64,000 bases of DNA from Burkholderiales bacterium (GTDB lineage Bacteria > Pseudomonadota > Gammaproteobacteria > Burkholderiales > SG8-41): NCBI GenBank assembly GCA_035259205.1, contig DATFWO010000285.1:5987-69986 (forward strand), written 5' to 3'. Below, in pieces: positions 53,514 to 61,375 of the stretch (positions are counted from its first letter, which is position 1; every line of letters starts with the position of its first letter). The notes below the pieces were generated by a model. The model was given only the letters and a program-made list of their open reading frames with translations, ran no database searches and had not been told where the DNA came from. Made by a program: the position numbers and the translations under genes.

Positions 53514-54506
53514 ATGAAAGCGACTCCCTCCGGCGCTGCGGCCGGCGCTTTGAGCGTCGCGCTCGCCCTGTTTCCGGCCGCCGCGGCGCTGGCGCAGACC
53601 GCGGCGTCCTATCCCGAGCGGCCGATCACGCTCGTCGTTCCGTTCTCGCCGGGTACCGGTATCGATATCATCGCCCGCGCGATCGGGCCCAAGCTCAACC
53701 AGAAATGGGGTCAGCCGGTGATCGTGGACAATCGGCCGGGGGCAAGCGGCAATATCGGGGCGGAAATCGTGGCCAAGAGCGCGCCGAACGGCTATACCCT
53801 GATGGTCACGGTGAACACCATCACGATCACGCCCTCGCTCTACCGGAGCATGCCCTACGATGTGCTGACCGACTTCACGCCGATCTCGAAAACGGCGGTA
53901 GCGAGCTACGCCTTTTCAGTTCACCCGGCGGTTCCGGCGAAGAATTTCGGAGAGTTCGTGAAGCTGGTTAGAGCCAAGCCGGGCGAGCTTCTCTACAGCT
54001 CGCCGGGAAACGGCACGCCGCACCACCTGGCGATGGAGCTCATGAAATTGCGTCTGGGTCTCAAGATCACGCATGTCCCGTACAAGGGTCTCGCGGAGGC
54101 CCTGAGAGACCTCGTCGGAGGGCACGTGCAGATGATATTCATGCCGGTGCATACGACGTTGCCGCAATCCCGGGCCGGCAAGATCCGGATACTCGCAGTG
54201 ACCGGCCCCAAGCGCACCGAGCTCGCACCCGATGCGCCGACCTTTCGCGAGCAGGGGATAGACTTCATGGACGACGTCGATGCGTGGTATGCGGTCATGG
54301 GACCGGCGAAGCTGCCCGCCGACATCGTCAGCAAGCTCAATCAGGAGATCAAGGCAACTCTGGCTCTGCCTGACGTGCGCGAGTTTCTCCTCAAGCAGGG
54401 TCTCGTGCCGGTGGCGAGCACACCGGAGGAGTTGCACGCGCTGATGAAGACGGACTTCGCACGCTGGGCCAAGGTGGTGGCGGACGCGGGCATCAAGGCC
54501 GACTGA
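53514..54506 (+). CDS. Bug/TctC-family periplasmic solute-binding protein
   Basis: 330 aa. Signal peptide, SYPERPITLVVPFSPGTGID, DNRPGASGNIG, PNGYT, YSSPGNGTPHHL, HVPYKG. Confidence 0.9.
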   Translation: MKATPSGAAAGALSVALALFPAAAALAQTAASYPERPITLVVPFSPGTGIDIIARAIGPKLNQKWGQPVIVDNRPGASGNIGAEIVAKSAPNGYTLMVTVNTITITPSLYRSMPYDVLTDFTPISKTAVASYAFSVHPAVPAKNFGEFVKLVRAKPGELLYSSPGNGTPHHLAMELMKLRLGLKITHVPYKGLAEALRDLVGGHVQMIFMPVHTTLPQSRAGKIRILAVTGPKRTELAPDAPTFREQGIDFMDDVDAWYAVMGPAKLPADIVSKLNQEIKATLALPDVREFLLKQGLVPVASTPEELHALMKTDFARWAKVVADAGIKAD

Positions 54507-54597
54507 GCGCGTGATTGATGCAACGTGACTGAACCCGCGCGACTGTCACGCCGCGACTCGTGCCGCTTGACCGACGAAACGTCACGCGTCGCCGAAG

Positions 54598-55059
54598 TTA
54601 TCCAGCGACGACCAGCTCGTTCCTCACCGTACGCACGCCTTCGACGCGAGCCGCCAGTTGCTCGGCCTTGATGCGGTTTTCCTGGTTGTCCGCCTTGCCC
54701 TTCAGTGTCACCACGCCCGCCGTGGTATCGACATTGATGGAGAGTGCTTTCAGATCGGGCTCGGCGATCAGGGCCGACTTGACCCTGGCGCTGATGGTCG
54801 CATCGTCCATGGCCTTGCCGGCCTCGTGGGCGGCATTCTCGAGCTTGCGTTCCGCCACATCTGCGGCGCGGTTGATTCTGGAATTAACCTCATCGGCGGC
54901 GCGATCGGCTTTCGAGCTGGCCGTGTCGCCTGTTCGGGATTTCTGGCCGAACTTGTCCTGCGATGACCGTTCTTCGCATGCGGCTATGGTCAACGTCAGT
55001 GCACCTACAATCACGACCACGCAAGCGCGCTCGAAATGGGGGGCTCGGATCAGATTCAT
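54598..55059 (-). CDS. BON-domain lipoprotein (OsmY-like)
   Basis: 153 aa. Lipobox LTIAAC. The C-terminal ISARVKSALIAEPDLKALSINVDTTAGVVTLKGKADNQENRIKAEQLAARVEGVRTVRNEL matches the BON domain pattern. Confidence 0.75.
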   Translation of the reverse strand: MNLIRAPHFERACVVVIVGALTLTIAACEERSSQDKFGQKSRTGDTASSKADRAADEVNSRINRAADVAERKLENAAHEAGKAMDDATISARVKSALIAEPDLKALSINVDTTAGVVTLKGKADNQENRIKAEQLAARVEGVRTVRNELVVAG

Positions 55060-55291
55060 AGCGACCTCCGTACGGTTTTGGCGCGGCCCTCCCCGCGGCG
55101 TAAGCGCCCATCCCTATTCACGAGCGACTACTGTGCCAGCGATGATAAACTACCAAAAATCAATTTGTTACTCGATTCGCTCGGCTGGCAGTTGTCGCCG
55201 TGTTGCGACGCCGGTCCGAGCGGCAAGCGCCAGCGAAATGATTTGCCGATTGTTTTCCTTTCGTTGATTGGCAACAGACCGGATTCGGACC

Positions 55292-57016
55292 ATGGCTCGC
55301 AAGCTCTCAGCAGCCAGCCGCAAAGCACGGGCTGCGCCGCTCAAGGTTTCTTCAACCGTCCGTCGCGCGACGAAGCGTGCCGCGCGCGGTTATGCGGATT
55401 TGCACGAGCACCTCGAGGCGCTGCGCCGGCGCGGGCTGCTGTTTACCGTAGAGCGTCCCATAGACAAGGACGCGGAGCTCCATCCGCTGGTACGCTGGCA
55501 ATTCGTAGGCGGTATCGAGGAACACGAGCGCAAGGCCTTCCTCTTCACCAACGTTACCGATGGCCGTGGCCGCCGGTACCGCTTTCCCGTCGCGGTCGGG
55601 GCGTTCGCGGGCAACCGCGCGATCTACGGTGTCGGCATGCGTGCGCCGCTCGGCGAAATACAGGAGCGGTGGGATCGCGCGATAGCCAATCCGATTCCGC
55701 CCCGCGTCGTCAGGAAAGCACGCTGCCAGGAGGTCGTGATCGAAGGCGCGGCGCTCAAAGGGGAAGGCAATGGCCTCGACATGCTGCCGATTCCGATCTC
55801 GACGCCCGGATTCGACGGCGCGCCTACCCTCACCGCGACCAACGTCATCACCAGAGATCCGGAATCCGGCGTGCAGAACCACGGCACCTACCGCGCCGGG
55901 CTCAAGGCACCGGACCGGCTGGTCGTCCGCATGTCCACGCGCACCGGCGGTGCGGGTGGCTATCGTCACTACCTGAAGCACCAGCGGCGCGGGGACAAGA
56001 CGATGCCGTGCGCGATTGCGCTCGGCTGTCCACCCTGTGTCGCCTTCGTCGCGCCGATGAGGCTGCCGCTCGACCTCGACGAGGTGACGGTCGCGGGAAG
56101 CATCGCGGGAGCGCCGATCAATGTCGTGCGCGCCCGGACGGTCGACCTGCTGGTGCCGGCCGAGGCCGAGATCGTGATCGAGGGCTTGATCGATACCGAA
56201 TACCTGGAACCCGAAGGGCCGTTCGGGGAATCGCACGGGCACGTTGCGCTCGAGGAATTCAACATGCCGATGCGGGTGACGGCGATTACGCACCGGCGCG
56301 ATGCCATCGTCGCCTCCTACATCAGCCAGGTGACGCCGAGCGAGTCGAGCGCGATCAAGCGCGTCGCGTACGAGCCGTTGTTTCTGTCCCACCTTAGAAC
56401 AGTGCTCGGCATACGCGGCGTGCGCCGCGTCACGTTGCACGAGCGCCTGACTAACCTGCGCCGCGTCGTGCTGGTAACGATCGAGAAGGGTACCCCGCGT
56501 ACCGAAATCTGGCGCGCGCTCTACGGCGCGACCTCGTTCATGGCCGATATCGGCAAGATCTGCATCGCGGTAAACGACGACATCGATCCCGAGAGCGCCG
56601 ACGCGATTCTCTGGGCTCTCGCTCTGCGCATGAATCCCGCGCGAGACCTTCAGGTGCTGCCCTATCGCAGCCTGGGCCACGGGCCGGAACGCGAGCACGG
56701 AGCGAGCAGTGACCGAACTGACGCCACGCTGCTTATGGACGCGACCATGAAGGAAGAGCTGCCCCCGCTCGCGTTACCGAAGCGAGAGTACATGGAGCGT
56801 GCGCGGAAGTTGTGGGAGGAGCTGGGGCTGCCGAAGCTGCGGCCGCAGTCCCCCTGGTACGGCGAGCCCGTGGGCGACTGGCTGCCGCAGTGGGACGAGG
56901 GTGCGAAGCGCGCTGTCGAAGGCGGCTACCTCGAGAACGGCCGCATCAGCGAGAAACTGAGGCGCAAGGGCCTCAAGCCTGAAACGCGCTTCAGGCCCAA
57001 AACCAGTGACCGGTGA
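55292..57016 (+). CDS. ubiD: UbiD-family (prFMN-dependent) reversible decarboxylase
   Basis: 574 aa from ATG 55292 (the track start is TTG 55268). YADLHEHLEALRRRGLLFTVERPIDKDAELHPLVRWQF is the typical UbiD N-terminus, preceded by a ~33-aa basic extension. No SD seen. Confidence 0.8.
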   Translation: MARKLSAASRKARAAPLKVSSTVRRATKRAARGYADLHEHLEALRRRGLLFTVERPIDKDAELHPLVRWQFVGGIEEHERKAFLFTNVTDGRGRRYRFPVAVGAFAGNRAIYGVGMRAPLGEIQERWDRAIANPIPPRVVRKARCQEVVIEGAALKGEGNGLDMLPIPISTPGFDGAPTLTATNVITRDPESGVQNHGTYRAGLKAPDRLVVRMSTRTGGAGGYRHYLKHQRRGDKTMPCAIALGCPPCVAFVAPMRLPLDLDEVTVAGSIAGAPINVVRARTVDLLVPAEAEIVIEGLIDTEYLEPEGPFGESHGHVALEEFNMPMRVTAITHRRDAIVASYISQVTPSESSAIKRVAYEPLFLSHLRTVLGIRGVRRVTLHERLTNLRRVVLVTIEKGTPRTEIWRALYGATSFMADIGKICIAVNDDIDPESADAILWALALRMNPARDLQVLPYRSLGHGPEREHGASSDRTDATLLMDATMKEELPPLALPKREYMERARKLWEELGLPKLRPQSPWYGEPVGDWLPQWDEGAKRAVEGGYLENGRISEKLRRKGLKPETRFRPKTSDR

Positions 57017-57045
57017 GCAGTCAGCAGCAACCGGCGAGCAGTAAC
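57004..57045. repeat. Six tandem heptamers CAGTGAC CGGTGAG CAGTCAG CAGCAAC CGGCGAG CAGTAAC
   Basis: Read directly. Encodes the last UbiD codons and the TGA stop (57014-57016). Confidence 0.8.
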
Positions 57046-57067
57046 GGAGGCGGAAGAAGGAGGGGCA

Positions 57068-57115
57068 ATGACCAGAGACCGTAAGCGGCGGGCCCGTCGA
57101 GCTACGACGCCTTGA
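57068..57115 (+). CDS. Candidate 15-codon upstream ORF (MTRDRKRRARRATTP) with consensus Shine-Dalgarno
   Basis: GAAGGAGGGG ends 2 nt before ATG 57068 (AAGGAGG core 4 nt before). Its TGA at 57113-57115 lies 18 nt before the dctQ ATG, which has no SD of its own. Confidence 0.3.
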   Translation: MTRDRKRRARRATTP

Positions 57116-57133
57116 GCTCGTGCGCGCATCACG

Positions 57134-57673
57134 ATGAAAATCCTTATCACCTTGTCACGCCTGATCGACGCGCTGAACGAGCGCTGCGCCACGATCGCCA
57201 ACTGGCTGGTCCTCCTGTCGTGCCTGATCAGCGCCGGGAATGCTTTTTCGCGCTACGCGTTCAGCCTGAGCTCCAACGCGTGGCTGGAAATCCAGTGGTA
57301 CATGTTTGGTGCCTTGGTCATGCTCGGGACCTCCTATACGCTGAACCGGAACGAGCATGTGCGCGTGGACGTCGTATATACCAACCTGTCCACGCGCCGC
57401 CAGATCGCCATTGACATTTTCGGCGGCATCCTGTTCCTGCTGCCCGCCACGCTCATCCTGTGCTACCTGTCGTGGCCGGTGTTCTACAACGCATGGGTCA
57501 CGGGCGAGATCTCCGGGAATGCCGGCGGGCTCATCCGCTGGCCGATCAAGATATTCCTCCCGCTCGGTTTCGGGCTGCTGAGTCTCCAGGGAGTCTCCGA
57601 GCTCATCAAGCGCGTCGCGATGCTCACCGGGCACATGAAAGCCGACTTGCACTACGAAAGACCGCTGCAATGA
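57134..57673 (+). CDS. dctQ: TRAP transporter small permease (DctQ family)
   Basis: 179 aa with four hydrophobic segments. Its stop overlaps the dctM start (ATGA). Confidence 0.85.
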   Translation: MKILITLSRLIDALNERCATIANWLVLLSCLISAGNAFSRYAFSLSSNAWLEIQWYMFGALVMLGTSYTLNRNEHVRVDVVYTNLSTRRQIAIDIFGGILFLLPATLILCYLSWPVFYNAWVTGEISGNAGGLIRWPIKIFLPLGFGLLSLQGVSELIKRVAMLTGHMKADLHYERPLQ

Positions 57674-59352
57674 TCTCGCACGAGATGATGGCGCCCCTGA
57701 TGTTCGCCGGGCTCATCATCTTCATGCTGATCGGCTACCCGGTGGCGTTCTCGCTCGCGGCGGTCGGCCTGTTCTTCGGCTTCGTCAGCATCAGGGAGGG
57801 CTTCTTCGACTTCAGCCTGATGCAGGCGCTCCCGGAACGCGTGTTCGGCATCATGGCGAACGACACCCTGCTCGCGATCCCGTTCTTCACGCTTATGGGT
57901 GCGGTCCTCGAGCGCTGCGGCCTTGCCGAGGACCTGCTGGACGGGCTCGGCCAGCTCTTCGGGCCGGTGCGCGGGGGGCTGGGTTATGCCGTGATCGTCG
58001 TCGGGGCGATCCTCGGCGCGATTACCGGTACCGTCGCTGCCTCGGTGATCGCGATGGGCCTCATTTCGCTTCCGGTGATGGCGCGCTACGGCTACGACAT
58101 GAAGTTCGCCACCGGCGTCATCGCGGCCTCAGGCACCATCACGCAGCTCATCCCGCCCTCGCTCGTGCTCATCGTGCTCGCGGACCAGCTGGGCCGGTCC
58201 GTCGGCGACATGTACCTCGGCGCCTGGGGGCCGAGCCTGGTCCAGGTGCTGCTGTTCTGCCTGTACACGCTGGGCGTGAGCATCGTCAAGCCCGAGTGGG
58301 TCCCCGGAATCCCGGCCGCCTCCCGCACCATGACGGGATGGCCGCTCATCAAGCGCTGCCTTTGGGGCATCATCCCTTCACTGGTGCTGATTTTCCTGGT
58401 GCTCGGCACGATCTTCATGGGGCTCGCGACACCCACCGAAGGCGGCGCCATGGGAATGGTGGGAGCGATCGTGCTTGCAGTCCTGCATCGCCCCGAATTC
58501 TCGAAGCAGGCCAGGGCCGCCGCATGGATCGCGGCTGCAGCGCTCGTCGTGCTGAGCGTCCCGGAGCTGGTCGTCTGGCAGGCGGACTGGATGCCCGCGG
58601 CGCTCGTGTCCCGGGCGCGAGAACTTCTCGCGTTCATCCACGTTCCGGCCTTCCTGGTGTTCTATGCCGGGCTCATAGTCGTCCTGTGGGAAGCCGTGCG
58701 GATCGCCGAGTTGCGGAGCCTCATCCGCCAGGCTTCGCAGTCCACCATGCGTCTCACCGCCATGGTGATCTTCATCCTGATCGGCTCTACCATCTTTACG
58801 CTCGTCTTCCGCGGCGTGGACGGCGACCTGTGGATCGAGCGGATGCTGCTGAACCTGCCGGGCGGCAAGGTGGGATTCCTGGTGTTCGTCAACCTGTTTG
58901 TGTTCTTCCTTGCGTTCTTCCTCGATTTCTTCGAGATCGCGTTCATCGTCATCCCGCTGCTCGCGCCGGTGGCCGCAAAGCTGGACATCGATCTCATCTG
59001 GTTCGGTGTGCTGCTCTGCGTGAACATGCAGACCTCGTTCATGCATCCGCCGTTCGGATTTGCGCTTTTCTATCTGCGGGGCATCGCGCCGAAAGAAGTG
59101 AGGAGCTCGCAGATCTACTGGGGCGCCATTCCGTGGGTGGCGCTGCAACTCATCATGGTCGCGATCGTGATCGCTTGGCCCGGCCTGGTGACGGCGCTGC
59201 TCGATACCGGGCCGAAGACCGATCCGAGCAAAGTGGAGATCATCCTGCCCCAGGAAGAAAGCGCTCCGGGGACCCAGCAGTCCGACAAGGCGGAGCCCGA
59301 AAAGGAGCAGCCTGCGGACGACCTGGAGAAGCAGTTCAAGCAATCACGCTAG
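57670..59352 (+). CDS. dctM: TRAP transporter large permease (DctM family), enlarged
   Basis: Track ORF 57460-59352 trimmed to ATG 57670. 560 aa, polytopic (..IPFFTLMGAVLERCG.., ..ASGTITQLIPPS.., ..FGVLLCVNMQTSFMHPPFG..), with a charged C-terminal tail. Confidence 0.85.
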   Translation: MISHEMMAPLMFAGLIIFMLIGYPVAFSLAAVGLFFGFVSIREGFFDFSLMQALPERVFGIMANDTLLAIPFFTLMGAVLERCGLAEDLLDGLGQLFGPVRGGLGYAVIVVGAILGAITGTVAASVIAMGLISLPVMARYGYDMKFATGVIAASGTITQLIPPSLVLIVLADQLGRSVGDMYLGAWGPSLVQVLLFCLYTLGVSIVKPEWVPGIPAASRTMTGWPLIKRCLWGIIPSLVLIFLVLGTIFMGLATPTEGGAMGMVGAIVLAVLHRPEFSKQARAAAWIAAAALVVLSVPELVVWQADWMPAALVSRARELLAFIHVPAFLVFYAGLIVVLWEAVRIAELRSLIRQASQSTMRLTAMVIFILIGSTIFTLVFRGVDGDLWIERMLLNLPGGKVGFLVFVNLFVFFLAFFLDFFEIAFIVIPLLAPVAAKLDIDLIWFGVLLCVNMQTSFMHPPFGFALFYLRGIAPKEVRSSQIYWGAIPWVALQLIMVAIVIAWPGLVTALLDTGPKTDPSKVEIILPQEESAPGTQQSDKAEPEKEQPADDLEKQFKQSR

Positions 59353-59418
59353 GGAACCTCTGCACAAGCGATCCAGTTCGCGAGGGTGGTTGCGAGGTCC
59401 CCCCTGAAGTCGGGGATC

Positions 59419-59443
59419 ACAAGGGGGCTCGGCCCCCTTGTTT
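59419..59443 (+). terminator. Candidate intrinsic terminator after dctM
   Basis: CAAGGGGGC-TCG-GCCCCCTTG: 9-bp GC-rich stem (59420-59428 / 59432-59440), 3-nt loop, then TTT. Confidence 0.5.
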
Positions 59444-59472
59444 CAGCGCCTGCCTAGCCGTCCTGAGCGTCC

Positions 59473-59498
59473 AAAAAACCCGCGGCAGCGGGGTTTTT
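59473..59498. terminator. Candidate bidirectional intrinsic terminator between convergent dctM and dctP
   Basis: AAAAAACCCGC-GGCA-GCGGGGTTTTT. On the minus strand the hairpin is followed by TTTTTT, 18 nt after the dctP stop. Confidence 0.6.
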
Positions 59499-59515
59499 CA
59501 TGGTTGCGTGACTTG

Positions 59516-60622
59516 CTAATTGTGCTTGACCTTCGAGCCAAGCACGTAGCTGTCATAGGTGGACTCTGCGACGCGGAACCACTGGAACTGCTCGTCGCGG
59601 AACTTGAGCCACTCCGGGTAGATCCGTGCCCAGTGCTTGCTCTTGCCTTTGAGCTCCTCGTAGAGCTCGTACGATGCCTTCTCCGCGGCTTCGAGCACCG
59701 AGTTGGGAAACCGGCGCAGCTTGGTGCCGCTCGCGATCAGGCGTTTCATCGCTTCCGGATTCTGCGCGTCGTATTTCGCGGGCATCCACGCATTGGCCTC
59801 GCCGCTGGCGGCCAGTAGCGCCGACTGATAGGCCTTCGGCAATTCGCTCCACTTCTTCTCGTTCACCAGCGTCATGAGGGTCGGGCCACCCTCCCAATAA
59901 CCGGGGGTGTAATAGTACTGCGCGATCTTGTGGAAGCCGAGCTTCTCGTCGTCGTATGGACCGACCCACTCGGCGGCGTCGATCGTGCCCTTTTCCAGGG
60001 CGGGGTAGATGTCGGGACCGCCAATCAGCTGCGGCACCACGCCGAGCTTGGCGAGAATCAATCCCGCCATGCCGCCGATGCGCATCTTCATGCCCTTCAG
60101 GTCGGCGACCGACTTGATCTCCTTGCGATACCAGCCGCCCATCTGGCATCCGGTGTTGCCCGCGGGGATGGCGATGCAGCCGTAGTCCTTGAACAGCGGT
60201 TCCATCGCTTCGCGGCCGCCGCCGAAATAGAACCAGGCATTGTTCTGGCGCGTGTTCATGCCGAAGCACACCGAGGTGCCGAGAGCGAAGGCCGGGTCCT
60301 TGCCGAAGTAGTAGTACGTCGCCGTGTGGCCGAGTTCCACCGTGCCTGCCTGCACCGCATCGAGCACCTGCAGCGCCGGGACGATCTCGCCCGCCGCGAA
60401 CGGTCGGATGGTGAACTTGCCGTCGGTGATTTCGCCCACGCGCCGGGCAACCAGTTCTGCGCCGCCAAAAATCGTGTCGAGGCTCTTGGGCCAGCTTGTC
60501 GCCATGCGCCACTGGATGCTCGGCAGTCCCGACGCCTGCTGCGCCTTCGCCTGCGCGGTTAGCAGCGCCGCACTTCCCGCGGCGCCGATTCCGGCTGTCT
60601 TCAGGAACTGCCGTCTTTTCAT
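59516..60622 (-). CDS. dctP: TRAP transporter substrate-binding protein (DctP family, Tat-signal subtype)
   Basis: Track ORF (TTG 60634) trimmed to ATG 60622 with GGAGGGG directly upstream. 368 aa. MKRRQFLKTAGIGAAGSAALLTAQAKA is a Tat signal. Confidence 0.85.
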   Translation of the reverse strand: MKRRQFLKTAGIGAAGSAALLTAQAKAQQASGLPSIQWRMATSWPKSLDTIFGGAELVARRVGEITDGKFTIRPFAAGEIVPALQVLDAVQAGTVELGHTATYYYFGKDPAFALGTSVCFGMNTRQNNAWFYFGGGREAMEPLFKDYGCIAIPAGNTGCQMGGWYRKEIKSVADLKGMKMRIGGMAGLILAKLGVVPQLIGGPDIYPALEKGTIDAAEWVGPYDDEKLGFHKIAQYYYTPGYWEGGPTLMTLVNEKKWSELPKAYQSALLAASGEANAWMPAKYDAQNPEAMKRLIASGTKLRRFPNSVLEAAEKASYELYEELKGKSKHWARIYPEWLKFRDEQFQWFRVAESTYDSYVLGSKVKHN

Positions 60623-60670
60623 GTTCCCCTCCAAGATGACGTTTGAATGCGAAAGGATGCCAAGCCGGAA

Positions 60671-60750
60671 ACGTCGCAGATAAGACGTATCAGATGAAGC
60701 GTCTTAACTACGCCGTTCTGGGACGAGGTAGCTGAGACGAATTTCCGCAG
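60671..60750. repeat. Inverted pair of 14-nt-period arrays (ACGTCGCAGAT / ACGTATCAGAT / GCGTCTTAAC, then CTGGGACG / CTGAGACG / CCGCAGG)
   Basis: Unit starts at 60673/60687/60701 and 60718/60732/60746, indexed by hand. Lies immediately 3' of the TPR gene stop (60752). Confidence 0.75.
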
Positions 60751-60751
60751 G

Positions 60752-61216
60752 TTACTTCGCTCCGGCGGTGCGCTGGCGGTATTGGGCGATCGCCTTCGCC
60801 AGGTCGTCGCGCTCTTCGCATACCCTAGCGCACAGCTTCTTCAGGGTCGCGAGATGCTCTTCCGCCTTGGCGACGTTGTTCGCCATCAGGTACGCCTCGC
60901 CGATGTATTCGTGCGCGCCGAGATGCTTGGGATTGAGCTGCAGCGCGCGCTCGTAGTGCTTGAAAGCGAGGTCGAGCTTTCCGGAGTTGCGGTACGCGTA
61001 GCCGAGCAGATTCTGGACATCGGCGTTGCGCGGATCGCCGCGTTCCGCCGCCGACAGCGACTTGAGAGCGGCATTCCAGTCCTTCGCGTCGATCGCCTTC
61101 TTCCCGGCCTGGTGGTCCGGGCTCATCGCAGGGGGCGAGTCGTCCATCGCCGGCGCGGGAGCCGGCGCGAGGGCAAGGGCTGCGAGTATAGCCAGTAAAG
61201 ACGTGGGCTTGCACAT
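60752..61216 (-). CDS. Secreted tetratricopeptide-repeat protein
   Basis: 154 aa. Signal peptide LLAILAALALAPAPAPA. TPR-like ...NLLGYAYRNSGKLDLAFKHYERALQLNPKHLGAHEYIGEAYL.... Confidence 0.7.
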   Translation of the reverse strand: MCKPTSLLAILAALALAPAPAPAMDDSPPAMSPDHQAGKKAIDAKDWNAALKSLSAAERGDPRNADVQNLLGYAYRNSGKLDLAFKHYERALQLNPKHLGAHEYIGEAYLMANNVAKAEEHLATLKKLCARVCEERDDLAKAIAQYRQRTAGAK

Positions 61217-61375
61217 GGTGTCTCCCTGAGATAACGAGCGGTATCACCGCGGTCTGCCGGACCAGTATACACGCCCGCGCGGCCGTCTATTCCCGGTTCC
61301 GGCGGCTCTTGTTGACAAGCATGCTCGGCGATGCAAGCCTTCCGCATCTCACGATAAATACGAAAGAAACCGGCC

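Noticed and set aside
55242-55274. Imperfect inverted repeat TTGCCGAT-N17-ATTGGCAA just upstream of the UbiD start
   Set aside because: It matches 7 of 8 positions only and overlaps the alternative TTG start. This is insufficient to call an operator.
61311-61316. Perfect -35 hexamer TTGACA upstream of the second ThDP gene
   Set aside because: There is no acceptable -10 hexamer at 16-19 nt spacing, so it cannot be supported as a promoter from sequence alone.
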